A stretch of DNA of 64,000 nt from Acidobacteriota bacterium (GCA_019244185.1 JAFATB010000018.1:96001-160000); one strand, 5' to 3'. Shown: positions 41,583 through 55,980, counted from the first letter of the stretch. Translations and numbers: made by a program. Notes: a model not told the origin generated them from the letters alone.

Positions 41583-42500
41583 TCAGCCGTCGCGCCGGAT
41601 CGTCTCGAGGATCTCCGCGATCTTCGCTTCCGCGTCCGCGAGCGGCAGCTGACACGTGCCCGCGCCGCGATGGCCGCCGCCGCCGTAGCGCGACATCAGC
41701 TCGCCGACGTCGGTGCGCGAGGTGCGGTTGAAGATGCTGTGGCCGACGGCGCAGACGACGAACTCGCCCTTGCGCCCGTCGAACACGCGCACCTGGATGT
41801 TCGCCTTCGGGAACATCGTGTACACGAGAAAACGGTTGCCGACCGGCAGCTCGCCGGCGCCGCGCAGATCGGTGAAGATGAGGTTCCCGTCGACGGTCGA
41901 ACGCTCGCGCAGCACGCGCTCGAACTCGGCGGTCTGCGCGAAGTAGCGGTCGATGCGCTCCTTCACGTCCGGATCGGCGAGCACGATGTCGGGATCGTTC
42001 GGATGCTGCGCGATGAGGTCGATCATCTTCATCATCAGCTCGCGATTGCTGATGCGATAGCCGTGGTGGTACGCGAGTCCGGTGCGCGGATCCATGACGT
42101 ACGAGAGGAGGATCCAGCCGCGCGGATGCGTGACGTCTTCGACGTCGAGCTTCGCGGAGTCGGACTTGTCGACGGCGACGAGGAGCGACTCGTACTTGCC
42201 GAGCTTCGCGGCGCCGTAGTGATTGAAGACGACGCGCGCGGCGGACGGCGCGATCTCGAAGCGGCCGCGGTACGCGACCGTGTCCTCGTTGCGCGCGATC
42301 TCGCTGGAGTGATGGTCGAACCAGAGGCCGACGCCCTGCACGTACGGCAGGTTCGTGAGAATATCGTGGCGGCCGACGCGCACCTTGCCGTCCTGCACGT
42401 CCTTGGGATGGACGAACTCGACCTCGTCCACGTCCTCGACTTCACGCAGGAGCACCGCGCAGGCCAGGCCGTCAAAGTCGGAGCGCGTGATGAGACGCAT
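41583..42500 (-). CDS. DHH/DHHA1-family phosphoesterase
   Basis: ITRSDFDG, FDHH, SAARVV, GGGGHRGAGTC; AGGAG SD. Confidence 0.88.
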   Translation of the reverse strand: MRLITRSDFDGLACAVLLREVEDVDEVEFVHPKDVQDGKVRVGRHDILTNLPYVQGVGLWFDHHSSEIARNEDTVAYRGRFEIAPSAARVVFNHYGAAKLGKYESLLVAVDKSDSAKLDVEDVTHPRGWILLSYVMDPRTGLAYHHGYRISNRELMMKMIDLIAQHPNDPDIVLADPDVKERIDRYFAQTAEFERVLRERSTVDGNLIFTDLRGAGELPVGNRFLVYTMFPKANIQVRVFDGRKGEFVVCAVGHSIFNRTSRTDVGELMSRYGGGGHRGAGTCQLPLADAEAKIAEILETIRRDG

Positions 42501-43242
42501 GTTCGAAACTCCTCTCGCGAAAGTCGCGGGGATTCTAGCAGTGACCGCCGCCGCGGTTTTCGCGATCCAGCTGTACTCCGCGCCGCGTCCCGGCGACGCG
42601 CCGGTCGTGCTCGAGCTCTTCACCTCGCAAGGCTGTTCGAGCTGCCCTCCGGCGGACGAGCTGCTGCGCACGCTGGCAAACGATGCGTCGCTCCGCGGCC
42701 ACGTGATCCCGCTCGCGTTCCACGTCGACTACTGGAACTCCCTCGGCTGGCGCGATCCGTTCTCGGCGCACGAGTGGTCGCAGCGCCAGGGCGACTACGT
42801 GCGCGCGCTGCACGCCGCCAGCGCGTACACGCCGCAGATGGTCGTCGACGGCGCGCGGCAGTTCGTCGGCTCGAGCTCGTTCGAGATCCGCCGCGCGATC
42901 GGCGAGGAGTCGCACCGCGCCATCGCCGGCACGATTGCGCTGACGCGCGACAAGGACGGCGTCGTCGTGCGCGCCTCGTCGCCGCATGCGAACACCGACG
43001 TGATCGTCGTCGCCTACGAAAACGGTGCGACGACGAACGTGACGCGCGGCGAGAACGGCGGCCGCACGCTGCGGAACGACGGCATCGTGCGCACGCTCGT
43101 GCGCGCGGCGACGCTCGACGGCACGCGCGCCGCGGAGACCCGCGTCGCGATCGAGCCGCAGTATGAAGTCGCGGCGTTTCTGCAGGACCGCGCCACGAAG
43201 AAGATCGACGCGGCCGCCAGCCTCGGCGCGGCGCGGCACTGA
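42499..43242 (+). CDS. DUF1223 thioredoxin-fold secreted protein
   Basis: ELFTSQGCSSCPPAD, FHVDYW..LGW.DPF, YTPQMVVDG, RGENGG; start uncertain (ATG 42499 or GTG 42541). Confidence 0.88.
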   Translation: MFETPLAKVAGILAVTAAAVFAIQLYSAPRPGDAPVVLELFTSQGCSSCPPADELLRTLANDASLRGHVIPLAFHVDYWNSLGWRDPFSAHEWSQRQGDYVRALHAASAYTPQMVVDGARQFVGSSSFEIRRAIGEESHRAIAGTIALTRDKDGVVVRASSPHANTDVIVVAYENGATTNVTRGENGGRTLRNDGIVRTLVRAATLDGTRAAETRVAIEPQYEVAAFLQDRATKKIDAAASLGAARH

Positions 43243-43298
43243 TTCGTCGCGATTCGCTCTTCTCGTCGCGCGCGCAATGCGATAATCGCCCTCTCTCC

Positions 43299-47089
<3,791 letters not shown>

Positions 47090-47090
<1 letters not shown>

Positions 47091-48817
47091 TGAAGAAATG
47101 CGATCTCGTGATGAAGGGCGGCATCACCAGCGGCATCGTCTATCCGGGCGCGGTGGCGGAGCTGGCGAAGGAGTACGAGTTCGTCAACATCGGCGGCACG
47201 TCCGCCGGCGCCATCGCGGCCGCGGTCACCGCGGCGGCGGAGTACGGCCGCAAGAGCGGCAAGAACGCGAACGCGTTTGCTGGCGTGAAGGCGCTCTCCG
47301 GCTGGCTCGCCGGATCGGAAGGCGGACGCTCGCGGCTCCTGCAACTCTTCCAGCCGTCGGCGGCGACGAAGCCGCTGTTCGACCTCGCGATCGCGTGGCT
47401 CGAAACGAAAAACCTCGTGAAGGTCGTGCGGAAGCTGCTGGCGACATTCGCGACGTACGCGGGACCCGCGTTCGTGATCGGCCTCGGCGCCGCGGCGATC
47501 GCCGGCGTTGCCGCCTGGAAGACGCCGTCGCTGCTGCTCGGAATCCTCCTGCTCGTCGTCGCCCTCGCGCTCCTCGCCCTCGGCGGCGTGGCCGCCGTCG
47601 TTGCGTCGGTGGGCGAGGCCGCGAAGTACGCGTGGGACGTGCTGCCCCGCGAGCAGTTCGGCATGTGCAACGGCGCGACGCACGAGCGCGGTCCGGTGCC
47701 GGGGCTCACGCAGTGGCTGCACGAGAAGATCATGGAGCTCGCGGGCGTGAACGACGCGCTCACGTGCGGCGATCTCGAGAGCGTGGGCGTGCATCTCGAG
47801 ATGATGACCACGAACCTCACGTGGGGACGGCCGCATCGGCTGCCGTTCGAGCAGAATCACTTCTTCTTCGATGCGGCGGAGCTGCGGCGCTTGTTCCCCG
47901 AGGCGGTCGTGCAGCGGATGATCGGCAGCGCGGCGCCGAACGCCGACGGGCTCTATCCGTTTCCCGATGCGGCGAATCTGCCGATCGTCGTCGCCGCGCG
48001 CATGAGCCTCAGCTTTCCGGTGCTGCTCACCGCGCTGCCGCTGCGCGCGTACGACTACGGCCGCAAGTGGCCGGCCGGCACGCCGCGCCAGCCGGAAGTC
48101 TGCTGGTTCTCGGACGGCGGCATCAGCAGCAACTTTCCGGTGCATTTCTTCGACGCGCCGATCCCGCGCTGGCCGACGTTCGCGATCAACCTCGACAACT
48201 GGACGAAGCGCTATCACGACGATGGTCAACGTGTTTACGTTCCGGACTCGAACCGCAGCGGCATCGTCGCGCGCTGGCGTTCGGTCACGAGCCTGGTCTC
48301 GTTCTTCGGCGCGATCGTGAACACGATGCAGAACTGGCGCGACAACATGCTGCTGCACGTCCCCGGGCAACGCGACCGCATCGCGCACGTGCTGCTCCTC
48401 GGCGACGAGGGCGGTCTCAACCTGACGATGGACGAGACGCAGATGACCAGCCTCGCGTCGCGCGGTGCCGAGGCGGCGCAGATTCTCGGGGCGCGCTTCG
48501 GAGATCATCCGCCGGCGGGCACGAAGCTCACGTGGACGAATCACAAGTGGGTGCGCTTCCTCTCGTTCATGGGCGCGCTGCAACGCTCGTTCGCGTCGAT
48601 CGACAACGCGTTCGTCGACGCCGACGTGCCGCGCTATCCCGATCTCGTGTGCGGAAGCGAGCCGCCGCCGTCGTACGACAGCGCGAAGACGCAGGCGATG
48701 TGCGCGGCGGTGACCGACTTCGCGAAGCACATCCACGAAGACTTCGCGCAGCAGCCGTTCGTCAAAGAAAACCTGCCGAAGCCGCCGCTCGATCTGCGCG
48801 CGATGCCGCGGGAGTAG
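47090..48817 (+). CDS. Patatin-like phospholipase with internal transmembrane hairpin
   Basis: MKGGITSG, nucleophile GTSAG, ARMS.SFP, catalytic DGG; two hydrophobic helices; TGATG overlap with the kinase stop. Confidence 0.88.
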
Positions 48818-48832
48818 CGTCGCCGTCGAGCG

Positions 48833-50569
48833 TCATCCGCGGCGGCGTTTGACTCCGCGCCGCGACGGTGGGGCTCCCGGTCCTGCTGTAGCGGCTCCGA
48901 CCGTGGCCGTCGCCGCAACTGTAGCGGCAGCTGCCGCAGCCGCAGCTGCGGCTGACACGACGACCGCGGCCGGAGGCGTCGGCGTTGGCGTCGGAACCGA
49001 GGTGGCGGGCGCTGCGACTGCCGCGGCCGCGGCGGGAGCCGTGGCTACGGCCGCCGCAGTCGGCGCCGCAGCTCTTCTCCGTGCGGTTTCGGCCGTGACG
49101 AGCGCGCGGCCGCCGCGCGCCGCGGGCGCGTAAACCGGGGCGTCGGTCGAGAACACCTCACGGAACGTGCGATCGTTGGTGAGAGCCGCCAACGCCGATC
49201 GGATGTACTCGGAATTGCCGCTGCCTTTGATGAAGTCGCAAGCCATCGCCGCGACGGCTTCTGCCTCGTCGGGAGTCAGCGTTGCCCGCTCGCCACGGAA
49301 CTCGTTGAAGATCCGGGCGCGCTTCGCAGCGCGGTCCTCAGGTGTCGGCGCCGCGGCGTCGAGCTGGTCCGCGAGGTTCTTCCAGTTGAAGCTCGACGTG
49401 GATCCGGCACGCTCGTACGTTCCCGGTCCCGTGCTTCGCAGCGGAAACGCATAGACGTCCTCTGTTCCCGGCGAGTCGAACTCGATCCTGTGCCCGTTGT
49501 AGTTCGCGACGAGCGGCAGGTGGCCGAGACGGCGCGCGTCGCGAATGCCCGAGCGCGCGATCTGCCGCCCGATGCGGATGACTTCCACGCGGTCGACGAC
49601 CGGCACGTTCGAAACCGTTGCGCCGCCACCGCGGCGGAGGGTCACTCGTTCGGTGATCCTTCCCAGCGTCGCGGCCACGTCCATCTTCCGATCGTCGTCC
49701 GAGTCGTAGCCGGAAAAATCGAACTGCGGACTGATGGTCACGACTTGGTCCGGCAGGAGGTCGGCCGGCATCGCGATGCGGTCGGGCTGCCGTGCCTTTC
49801 CGCGCCGGTTCCACGCGCGGAGCAGTTCCCGGCGGCGCTGCTCGGGATTGGCGGTGTTCGCGATGTATGCGCGGATGTCGGCGCCGGTGGAGCCGATTCC
49901 GAGCGCGTGCGTTCGGATGTACGCCATCGCGTGCGACTTGAGCAACTGAACGGCGACCCGGCGCTCCGTGGCGCGCAGAGCGACGGCCGCGTGGCGTTCC
50001 GCCTCCGCTTCCAGCATTGCGTCGTGCACGATCGCGACGCCGCTGCCGAATGGATTGCGCGCGCGTCCGGCGCGCTGCTGCACCACGTGCGCGAGCTCGT
50101 GTGCGAGCAACTGCCGCCCGCGCGGCGAGCGCGGATCGTATTGCCCTGGCGCAAAGTGAATGTGCGAACCCTGCGTGTACGCGGTGGCGCCGAGGGTCTG
50201 CACGTGGGGACCGACGTGCACGCGGACATCGTGGAACGCCGTGCGGAAAACCGACTCCATGAGCTGGCGCACATCATTCGGCAGCGCCTGGCCGGCCAGG
50301 GTGATGCGCGGAGGCGAGGGGAGGAGCACGGCCATGCCGCTCGCCGTCTGCCGCGTCTGAATGGCCAGCGAAGTCTGATGCGGCATCGGCGGCCGATGCG
50401 GCGCCGCGTGCAACTGCGCGACCTGCGCCGCCACGTGCGGCGCCATCTGCGCCGCGTGCGGTTGCACCGCTCCGGTCTGCGCCGGACCGCAGGGCCGCTG
50501 CCGTTGCAGTGCGGCATGCAGCGATGCGATCCCGCCCGGGAACGAGCCCTGGATGACGCTGTCGCTCAT
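48833..50569 (-). CDS. DUF4157 (eCIS core domain) protein with long variable C-terminus
   Basis: LPNDVRQLMESVF...FHDVRVH...AYTQGSHIHFAPGQYDP.S..G..LLAHELAHVVQQR...LEAEA. Confidence 0.88.
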   Translation of the reverse strand: MSDSVIQGSFPGGIASLHAALQRQRPCGPAQTGAVQPHAAQMAPHVAAQVAQLHAAPHRPPMPHQTSLAIQTRQTASGMAVLLPSPPRITLAGQALPNDVRQLMESVFRTAFHDVRVHVGPHVQTLGATAYTQGSHIHFAPGQYDPRSPRGRQLLAHELAHVVQQRAGRARNPFGSGVAIVHDAMLEAEAERHAAVALRATERRVAVQLLKSHAMAYIRTHALGIGSTGADIRAYIANTANPEQRRRELLRAWNRRGKARQPDRIAMPADLLPDQVVTISPQFDFSGYDSDDDRKMDVAATLGRITERVTLRRGGGATVSNVPVVDRVEVIRIGRQIARSGIRDARRLGHLPLVANYNGHRIEFDSPGTEDVYAFPLRSTGPGTYERAGSTSSFNWKNLADQLDAAAPTPEDRAAKRARIFNEFRGERATLTPDEAEAVAAMACDFIKGSGNSEYIRSALAALTNDRTFREVFSTDAPVYAPAARGGRALVTAETARRRAAAPTAAAVATAPAAAAAVAAPATSVPTPTPTPPAAVVVSAAAAAAAAAATVAATATVGAATAGPGAPPSRRGVKRRRG

Positions 50570-50615
50570 ACGTTGTGGCCTTAGAGTACGCCGCGCGCCG
50601 CGACAATGCGAGCCG

Positions 50616-50855
50616 CTACAGCGCCGCGAAGCCCGCGTTGTCCACCGGCTCCTGCTTCCGATCGAGCCGCGTCACGATCCATTGCTCGCCGCGGCGCTCG
50701 ATCTCGACGATCACGGCGGCCCACATCCCGCCGTCGAGGTTCTCGCTCCAGCGGAAGCGGAGGCCGGGCCATTGCGACGCCGGAATGCCTTCGCGGCGCA
50801 GGTGCGCTTCGGCCATTTCGATGAGCTCCGGGCCGCCCTTGTGATCGCAAGCCAT
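50616..50855 (-). CDS. Small hypothetical protein
   Basis: MACDHKGGPELIEMAE...WIVTRLDR; host-like codons; fills the intergenic gap; start uncertain. Confidence 0.55.
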   Translation of the reverse strand: MACDHKGGPELIEMAEAHLRREGIPASQWPGLRFRWSENLDGGMWAAVIVEIERRGEQWIVTRLDRKQEPVDNAGFAAL

Positions 50856-50875
50856 TCGCATATGCTACCCGCCCT

Positions 50876-52636
50876 ATGAACGACATCCATTCCTTCGCGC
50901 GGCCCGACGAGGCGGTCGTGCGGCATCTCGCGCTCGATCTCGCCGTCGACTTCGAGCGTCAGATCCTCTCCGGCTCGGCGACGCTCTCGATCGACGTGCA
51001 TGACGGCGCGCGCGAGCTCGTGCTCGACACGAATGGCCTCACCATCGATCGCGTCACGCTCGACGACGGCAGCGAAACGACGTTTGCGCTCGGCGACGAG
51101 CAGCCGTACCTCGGCCGCTCGCTGACGATCGCCATCAACGCCGGCACGAAGTCGGTGAAGATCGAGTACGCGTCGTCGCCGGAAGCGGCGGCCGTGCAGT
51201 GGCTGACGCCCGCGCAGACCGCGGGCGGGAAGGATCCGTTCCTCTTCACGCAATCGCAGGCCATCCTCGCGCGCACGTGGGTGCCGTGTCAGGACACGCC
51301 GGGCGTGCGCATGACGTACGAGGCCACGATCCGGGTGCCGCGCGGCCTCATGGCCGTGATGAGCGCGGAGAATCCGACCGAGGCGAGCGCCGACGGCGTC
51401 TATCACTTCAAGATGCCGCAGCCGATCCCGTCGTATCTCCTCGCGCTCGCGGTCGGCGACCTCGCGTTCCGCTCGCTCGGGCGCAACAGCGGCGTGTACG
51501 CGGAGAAGCCGATGATCGAGGCGAGCGCGTACGAGCTCGCGGACACGCAGAAGATGATCGACGCGGCCGAGCGCATCTACGGCCCGTACCGCTGGGGACA
51601 GTACGACGTGCTCGTGCTGCCGCCGAGCTTTCCGTTCGGCGGGATGGAGAATCCGCGCCTCACGTTCGCCACGCCGACGATCCTGGCGGGCGATCGGTCG
51701 CTGGTGAGCCTTGTCGCGCACGAGCTCGCGCATTCGTGGTCGGGCAATCTCGTCACGAACGCGACGTGGAACGACTTCTGGCTCAACGAAGGCTTCACCG
51801 TCTACTTCGAGCGCCGCATCATGGAAGAAGTCGCGGGCCGCGAATACTCGGAGATGCTCGCGCTCCTCGGCTATCAGGATCTCGAGGCCACCGTCGCCGA
51901 GCTGCCGCCGCGCGACACGCATCTCTTCCTCGATCTCACCGGCCGCGATCCGGACGAAGCCGCGACGAAGCTGCCGTACGAGAAAGGCTATTCGCTGCTG
52001 CGCCTCATCGAGGAGAGCGTCGGCCGCGAGGCGTTCGACAAGTTCCTGCGCGCCTACTTCGACCGGCATGCGTTCCAGTCGATGACCACGTCCGCGTTCG
52101 TCGCGGAGCTGCGCGAGCAGCTGCTGTCGCAGTTTCCCGGCAGCGAGGACAAGATCGGCGTCGAGCAGTGGATCCATACGCCCGGCATTCCGGAGAACGC
52201 GCCGCAGATCAAGTCGGACGCGTTCACGCGCGTCGAGGATCAGGTCGAGGCGTTCCAGCGCGGCACGCCCGCGGGCGAGCTCGCGACGAAGGGGTGGTCC
52301 ACGCATGAATGGATTCACTTCCTGCGGCATTTGCCGAAGAACCTGACGCGCGAGCAGATGGCGCAGCTCGACGCCGCGTTCCACTTCACCGACAGCGGGA
52401 ACTCCGAGGTGTTGCACGAATGGCTCATGGCGGCCATCGAGCATCGCTACGAGACCGCGTACGATGCGCTCGAGCGTTTCCTGCTGCGGCAGGGACGCCG
52501 CAAGTTCCTCAAGCCGCTGTACCAGAAACTCGCCGAAACGCCCGAAGGCCTCGAGCGCGCGGGGAAGATCTACGCGAAGGCGCGCCCGACGTACCACTCG
52601 GTGTCGTATCGGACGATCGATCAAATCGTGAAGTAG
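50876..52636 (+). CDS. M1-family aminopeptidase (leukotriene A4 hydrolase-like)
   Basis: D.HSFA.P, FTQSQAI.AR, PCQDTP, GGMENP, HELAHSW...WLNEG, PYEKG, GRRKF. Confidence 0.94.
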   Translation: MNDIHSFARPDEAVVRHLALDLAVDFERQILSGSATLSIDVHDGARELVLDTNGLTIDRVTLDDGSETTFALGDEQPYLGRSLTIAINAGTKSVKIEYASSPEAAAVQWLTPAQTAGGKDPFLFTQSQAILARTWVPCQDTPGVRMTYEATIRVPRGLMAVMSAENPTEASADGVYHFKMPQPIPSYLLALAVGDLAFRSLGRNSGVYAEKPMIEASAYELADTQKMIDAAERIYGPYRWGQYDVLVLPPSFPFGGMENPRLTFATPTILAGDRSLVSLVAHELAHSWSGNLVTNATWNDFWLNEGFTVYFERRIMEEVAGREYSEMLALLGYQDLEATVAELPPRDTHLFLDLTGRDPDEAATKLPYEKGYSLLRLIEESVGREAFDKFLRAYFDRHAFQSMTTSAFVAELREQLLSQFPGSEDKIGVEQWIHTPGIPENAPQIKSDAFTRVEDQVEAFQRGTPAGELATKGWSTHEWIHFLRHLPKNLTREQMAQLDAAFHFTDSGNSEVLHEWLMAAIEHRYETAYDALERFLLRQGRRKFLKPLYQKLAETPEGLERAGKIYAKARPTYHSVSYRTIDQIVK

Positions 52637-52646
52637 GAGCGCGCGC

Positions 52647-54641
52647 ATGGAAACGACCGAGTCGAAGTCACTTCCCGAGAACGCGTACGTCCCGTTGCCC
52701 GCCGGCGTCGAATACGAGCCGATGGTGCCCTCGAGCGTCGCGCCGCCCGAGGCGACCGGCCGGTCGATCTTCTGGGGCGTGCTGCTGTGCTTCATCTTCT
52801 CCGCGGCGTCGGCGTACTCGGGACTGAAAGTCGGGCAGGTGATGGAGGCAGCGATTCCGATCGCGATCCTCGCCATCGGACTCGCGCGCGTGTACGCGCG
52901 GCGCTCGTCGGTGCTCGAGAACGTGATCATCACCAGCATCGGCGGCGCGGCCGGCGCGGTCGTCGCGGGCGCGATCTTCACGCTGCCGGCGCTCTACTCG
53001 CTGCAACTCCATCCGCATCCGGTGCAGACGATTTTCATCTGCGTCGCCGGCGGCTGCCTCGGCGTGATGTTCCTCATTCCGCTGCGGCGCTACTTCGTGC
53101 GCGAGATGCACGGCCTGCTGCCGTATCCGGAAGCGACCGCGATCACCGAGGTGCTCGTCACCGGCGAGAAAGGCGGCTCGCAGGCGAAGCTGCTCCTGCA
53201 GGCCACGGCGCTGGCCGGCATCTACGACTTCTTCGTCACCACGTTCCAGGTGTGGAAGGAGTTCCTCGACTTCCAGTTCATCCCGGTGATGCGCACGCTC
53301 GCGGAGCGCGCGCGCATCGTGGTCCGCTTCGACGCGATCGGCTTCATCCTCGGCCTCGGCTACGTGATGGGGCTGCGCTCGTCGATGATCCTCGTCGCGG
53401 GCGGCGTGGTCTCGAACTTCGTACTCGTGCCGCTGATCTACATGATCGGCCAGCACTTCCCGAACGCCGTCTATCCGGCCACGGTGCCGATCGCGCAGAT
53501 GGACGCGTCGCAGATCTTCCGCGGCTACGTGCGCTACATCGGCGTCGGCGCGATCGCGACCGCGGGCATCTTCGGCATCCTGAAATCGCTGCGCGTCATC
53601 GCGGGATCGTTCGGCGTCGCCGCGCGCGCGTTCCGCGCGGGCGAGACGCACGGCGAACGCACCGATCGCGATCTGCCGGTGGTCACGATTCTCCTCGGCA
53701 TCGTGATCGGCGCGATCCTCGTCGCGGCGTTCTTCGGCACGCTGCGGCCGACGGCGGTCGTGCTCATCATCGGCCTGCTGCTCACGCTCGTCTTCTCGTT
53801 CTTCTTCACGTCCGTCGCCGCGAACGCGATCGCCACGACCGCGCGCAATCCGGTCTCGGGCATGACCATGCTGACGATCATCATCTCGTCGGTGGTGCTG
53901 CTGCAGTTCGGGCTCTCCGGCACGACGGGCATGTTCTTCGTGATGGCCATCGCGGGCATGGTGTGCACCGCGCTGTCGGTGTCGGGCCAGACCATCACCG
54001 ATCTCAAGACCGGCTACTGGCTCGGTTCGACGCCGGCGACGCAGGAGAAGGTGAAGTTCCTCGGCGTCGTCGTGGCCGCGATCGCCTCGGGTCTCACGAT
54101 CGTCATGCTGGCCGGGATCTTCCAGTTCGGCGAGGCGGCGCCGGGCGACACGCGGCTGGTGCTGGCCGCGCCGCAAGCGTCGATCATGCAGGCGCTGGTG
54201 CAGGGCTTCATGAACCGGCAGCCGATCGCGTACATGCTCTTCGTCGCCGGCGCGTTCATCGCCGTGGCGATGGAGATGCTCGGCGCGCCGGCGCTGATCT
54301 TCGCGCTGGGCATGTACCTGCCGCTCGAGCTCAACACGCCGGCGCTCGTCGGCGGCTTCATCTCGCATCTCATCTCGCGGAAGTCGGAGCGCGTGGGCGG
54401 CGCGCGCGGACGCACGATGCGCGAGCGGGGCGTCGTGATCGCGTCGGGTCTCATGGCTGGCGGCGCGCTCGGCGGCGTGCTCGGCGCGTCGCTGCGGCTC
54501 ATTCCGAGCTTCAAAGAGAGCTGGGTCACGACGCCGTTCTACGGCAATGACACGGTCTCGCAGATCGTCTCGCTCGTGCTGTTCGTCGCGTTGTGTCTCT
54601 ACCTCTGGATCGACGCGACGCGCGTGCGGCAGGAAGTGTGA
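52647..54641 (+). CDS. OPT-family oligopeptide transporter
   Basis: YSGLKVG, LENVI, IFTLPAL, LPYPEATA, NPVSG, DLKTG, APQA. Confidence 0.93.
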   Translation: METTESKSLPENAYVPLPAGVEYEPMVPSSVAPPEATGRSIFWGVLLCFIFSAASAYSGLKVGQVMEAAIPIAILAIGLARVYARRSSVLENVIITSIGGAAGAVVAGAIFTLPALYSLQLHPHPVQTIFICVAGGCLGVMFLIPLRRYFVREMHGLLPYPEATAITEVLVTGEKGGSQAKLLLQATALAGIYDFFVTTFQVWKEFLDFQFIPVMRTLAERARIVVRFDAIGFILGLGYVMGLRSSMILVAGGVVSNFVLVPLIYMIGQHFPNAVYPATVPIAQMDASQIFRGYVRYIGVGAIATAGIFGILKSLRVIAGSFGVAARAFRAGETHGERTDRDLPVVTILLGIVIGAILVAAFFGTLRPTAVVLIIGLLLTLVFSFFFTSVAANAIATTARNPVSGMTMLTIIISSVVLLQFGLSGTTGMFFVMAIAGMVCTALSVSGQTITDLKTGYWLGSTPATQEKVKFLGVVVAAIASGLTIVMLAGIFQFGEAAPGDTRLVLAAPQASIMQALVQGFMNRQPIAYMLFVAGAFIAVAMEMLGAPALIFALGMYLPLELNTPALVGGFISHLISRKSERVGGARGRTMRERGVVIASGLMAGGALGGVLGASLRLIPSFKESWVTTPFYGNDTVSQIVSLVLFVALCLYLWIDATRVRQEV

Positions 54642-55381
54642 CGCGGCCACCATTCACCGCGCTGCACGCGCTGCTTTCGTTCGCGCTCGTCTTTCTCGCG
54701 CAGGTGGTGGCGGGCTTCGGAGTCGTGTTCGCCGCCGTGATCGTGAAGATGGCGTCGGGTGAGAACGTGTCGGAGTCCGGCGCGATGCGGCAGCTGACCG
54801 AGTCGCTCGGCATTCCGCTGCTGCTCGCGTCGGCGTGGATCTCCGCGGCGGTGCTGATCGTCGTGCTGCGCGCGTGGGCGTGGCCGCTCGTTCCCGATCG
54901 CACCGATGAAGGTCTCGGCCTCGTCGCACCGGCGCGGAACCAGATCCTCGCGCTCGCACTGATCGGCGTCGCGTGCGCCGGCACGTACCTCGCGCTCATC
55001 AGTCTCGCGCATCTCAAACCCACCGGCCCGCTCGGTCCGATCGCGCGCGTGGCGCTGGAAAGCCGCGCGGGCCGCACCGCGTGGATCGTCGTCGCGCTCT
55101 GCTATGCGCCGGTCATCGAAGAGCTGCTCTTCCGCGGGCTGATGTGGCGCGGACTGCGCGCGAGCTGGGGCGTGATCCCCGCGGGCGCGATCGTGACGCT
55201 GCTCTTCTTCGCGCTGCACCTCGGCGAGACGATGCACTTCTGGCCGGCGATGATCGCCATCGCCACGCTGTCGGTCGCGACGCTGCTCGCGCGCGTCCGC
55301 ACGGGAAGCGTCGTCGCGTCGATGGTGCTGCACGCCGCGTACAACGGCACGATCGCCGTCGCCGCGCTGCTTGCGGGTTAA
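54638..55381 (+). CDS. CPBP/Abi-family intramembrane metalloprotease
   Basis: APVIEELLFRG, FFALH, H..YN; GTGA overlap with the OPT stop. Confidence 0.88.
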   Translation: MTRPPFTALHALLSFALVFLAQVVAGFGVVFAAVIVKMASGENVSESGAMRQLTESLGIPLLLASAWISAAVLIVVLRAWAWPLVPDRTDEGLGLVAPARNQILALALIGVACAGTYLALISLAHLKPTGPLGPIARVALESRAGRTAWIVVALCYAPVIEELLFRGLMWRGLRASWGVIPAGAIVTLLFFALHLGETMHFWPAMIAIATLSVATLLARVRTGSVVASMVLHAAYNGTIAVAALLAG

Positions 55382-55390
55382 GGCGCGGGG

Positions 55391-55876
55391 CTAAGGCTTC
55401 GGCTCAGGGTTCGTCAGGCGCTCGACGAGCGTCGTCAGCAGATCGAGCTGCTTCTGCTGCGTCTCGAGCAGCTGCGCCCATTCGTGCCGCAGCAGGTGAT
55501 CCCATTTCTCGTGCAGCGCCGAGATCTCGAGCTCCGCGCGGAGATTGACCTCGTAGTCGTGCGACGCGTCGAGCCGGTCCTTCGCCGCCTGCCGGTTCTG
55601 CGACATCATGATCACCGGCGCCTGCAGCGCGGCGATCATCGACAGCATCAGATTGAGCAGGATGTACGGGAAGGGATCGAACGCGCGCCTGGCCAGCATC
55701 CACGAGTTGAGCGCGATCCACGCGACGAGCACGCATCCGAAGAGGATGATGAACGTCCACGAGCCGCCGAACGTGGCCACGCGGTCGGCGACGCGCTGGC
55801 CGAACGTCAGCCGCTCATCGAACTCACGGTTCGTATCGCGGGCGATCGGCGCGGGACGAGGGGACGCAAGGTGCAT
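55391..55876 (-). CDS. DUF1003-family membrane protein
   Basis: GQRVADRVATFGGSWTFI, FDPFPYILLNL, QAPVIMMSQNRQ..KDR, DYEVNL.AE.EI. Confidence 0.92.
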   Translation of the reverse strand: MHLASPRPAPIARDTNREFDERLTFGQRVADRVATFGGSWTFIILFGCVLVAWIALNSWMLARRAFDPFPYILLNLMLSMIAALQAPVIMMSQNRQAAKDRLDASHDYEVNLRAELEISALHEKWDHLLRHEWAQLLETQQKQLDLLTTLVERLTNPEPKP

Positions 55877-55910
55877 GAAGGCCTCCTCGCGAAAGAGTAC
55901 CCGCAAGCCC

Positions 55911-55980
55911 GCCGCACGTGCGTACTGGCTATGCCCTCAGCGCTGCCGGCCGCGCCGGCCCGCCGGAGGCCTCTCGTCGC
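55911..55980. repeat. Single-arm copy of the 363-560 repeat element
   Basis: gccgcacgtgcgtactggctatgccctcagcgctgccggccgcgccggcccgccggaggc matches 473-532 with two substitutions. Confidence 0.88.
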
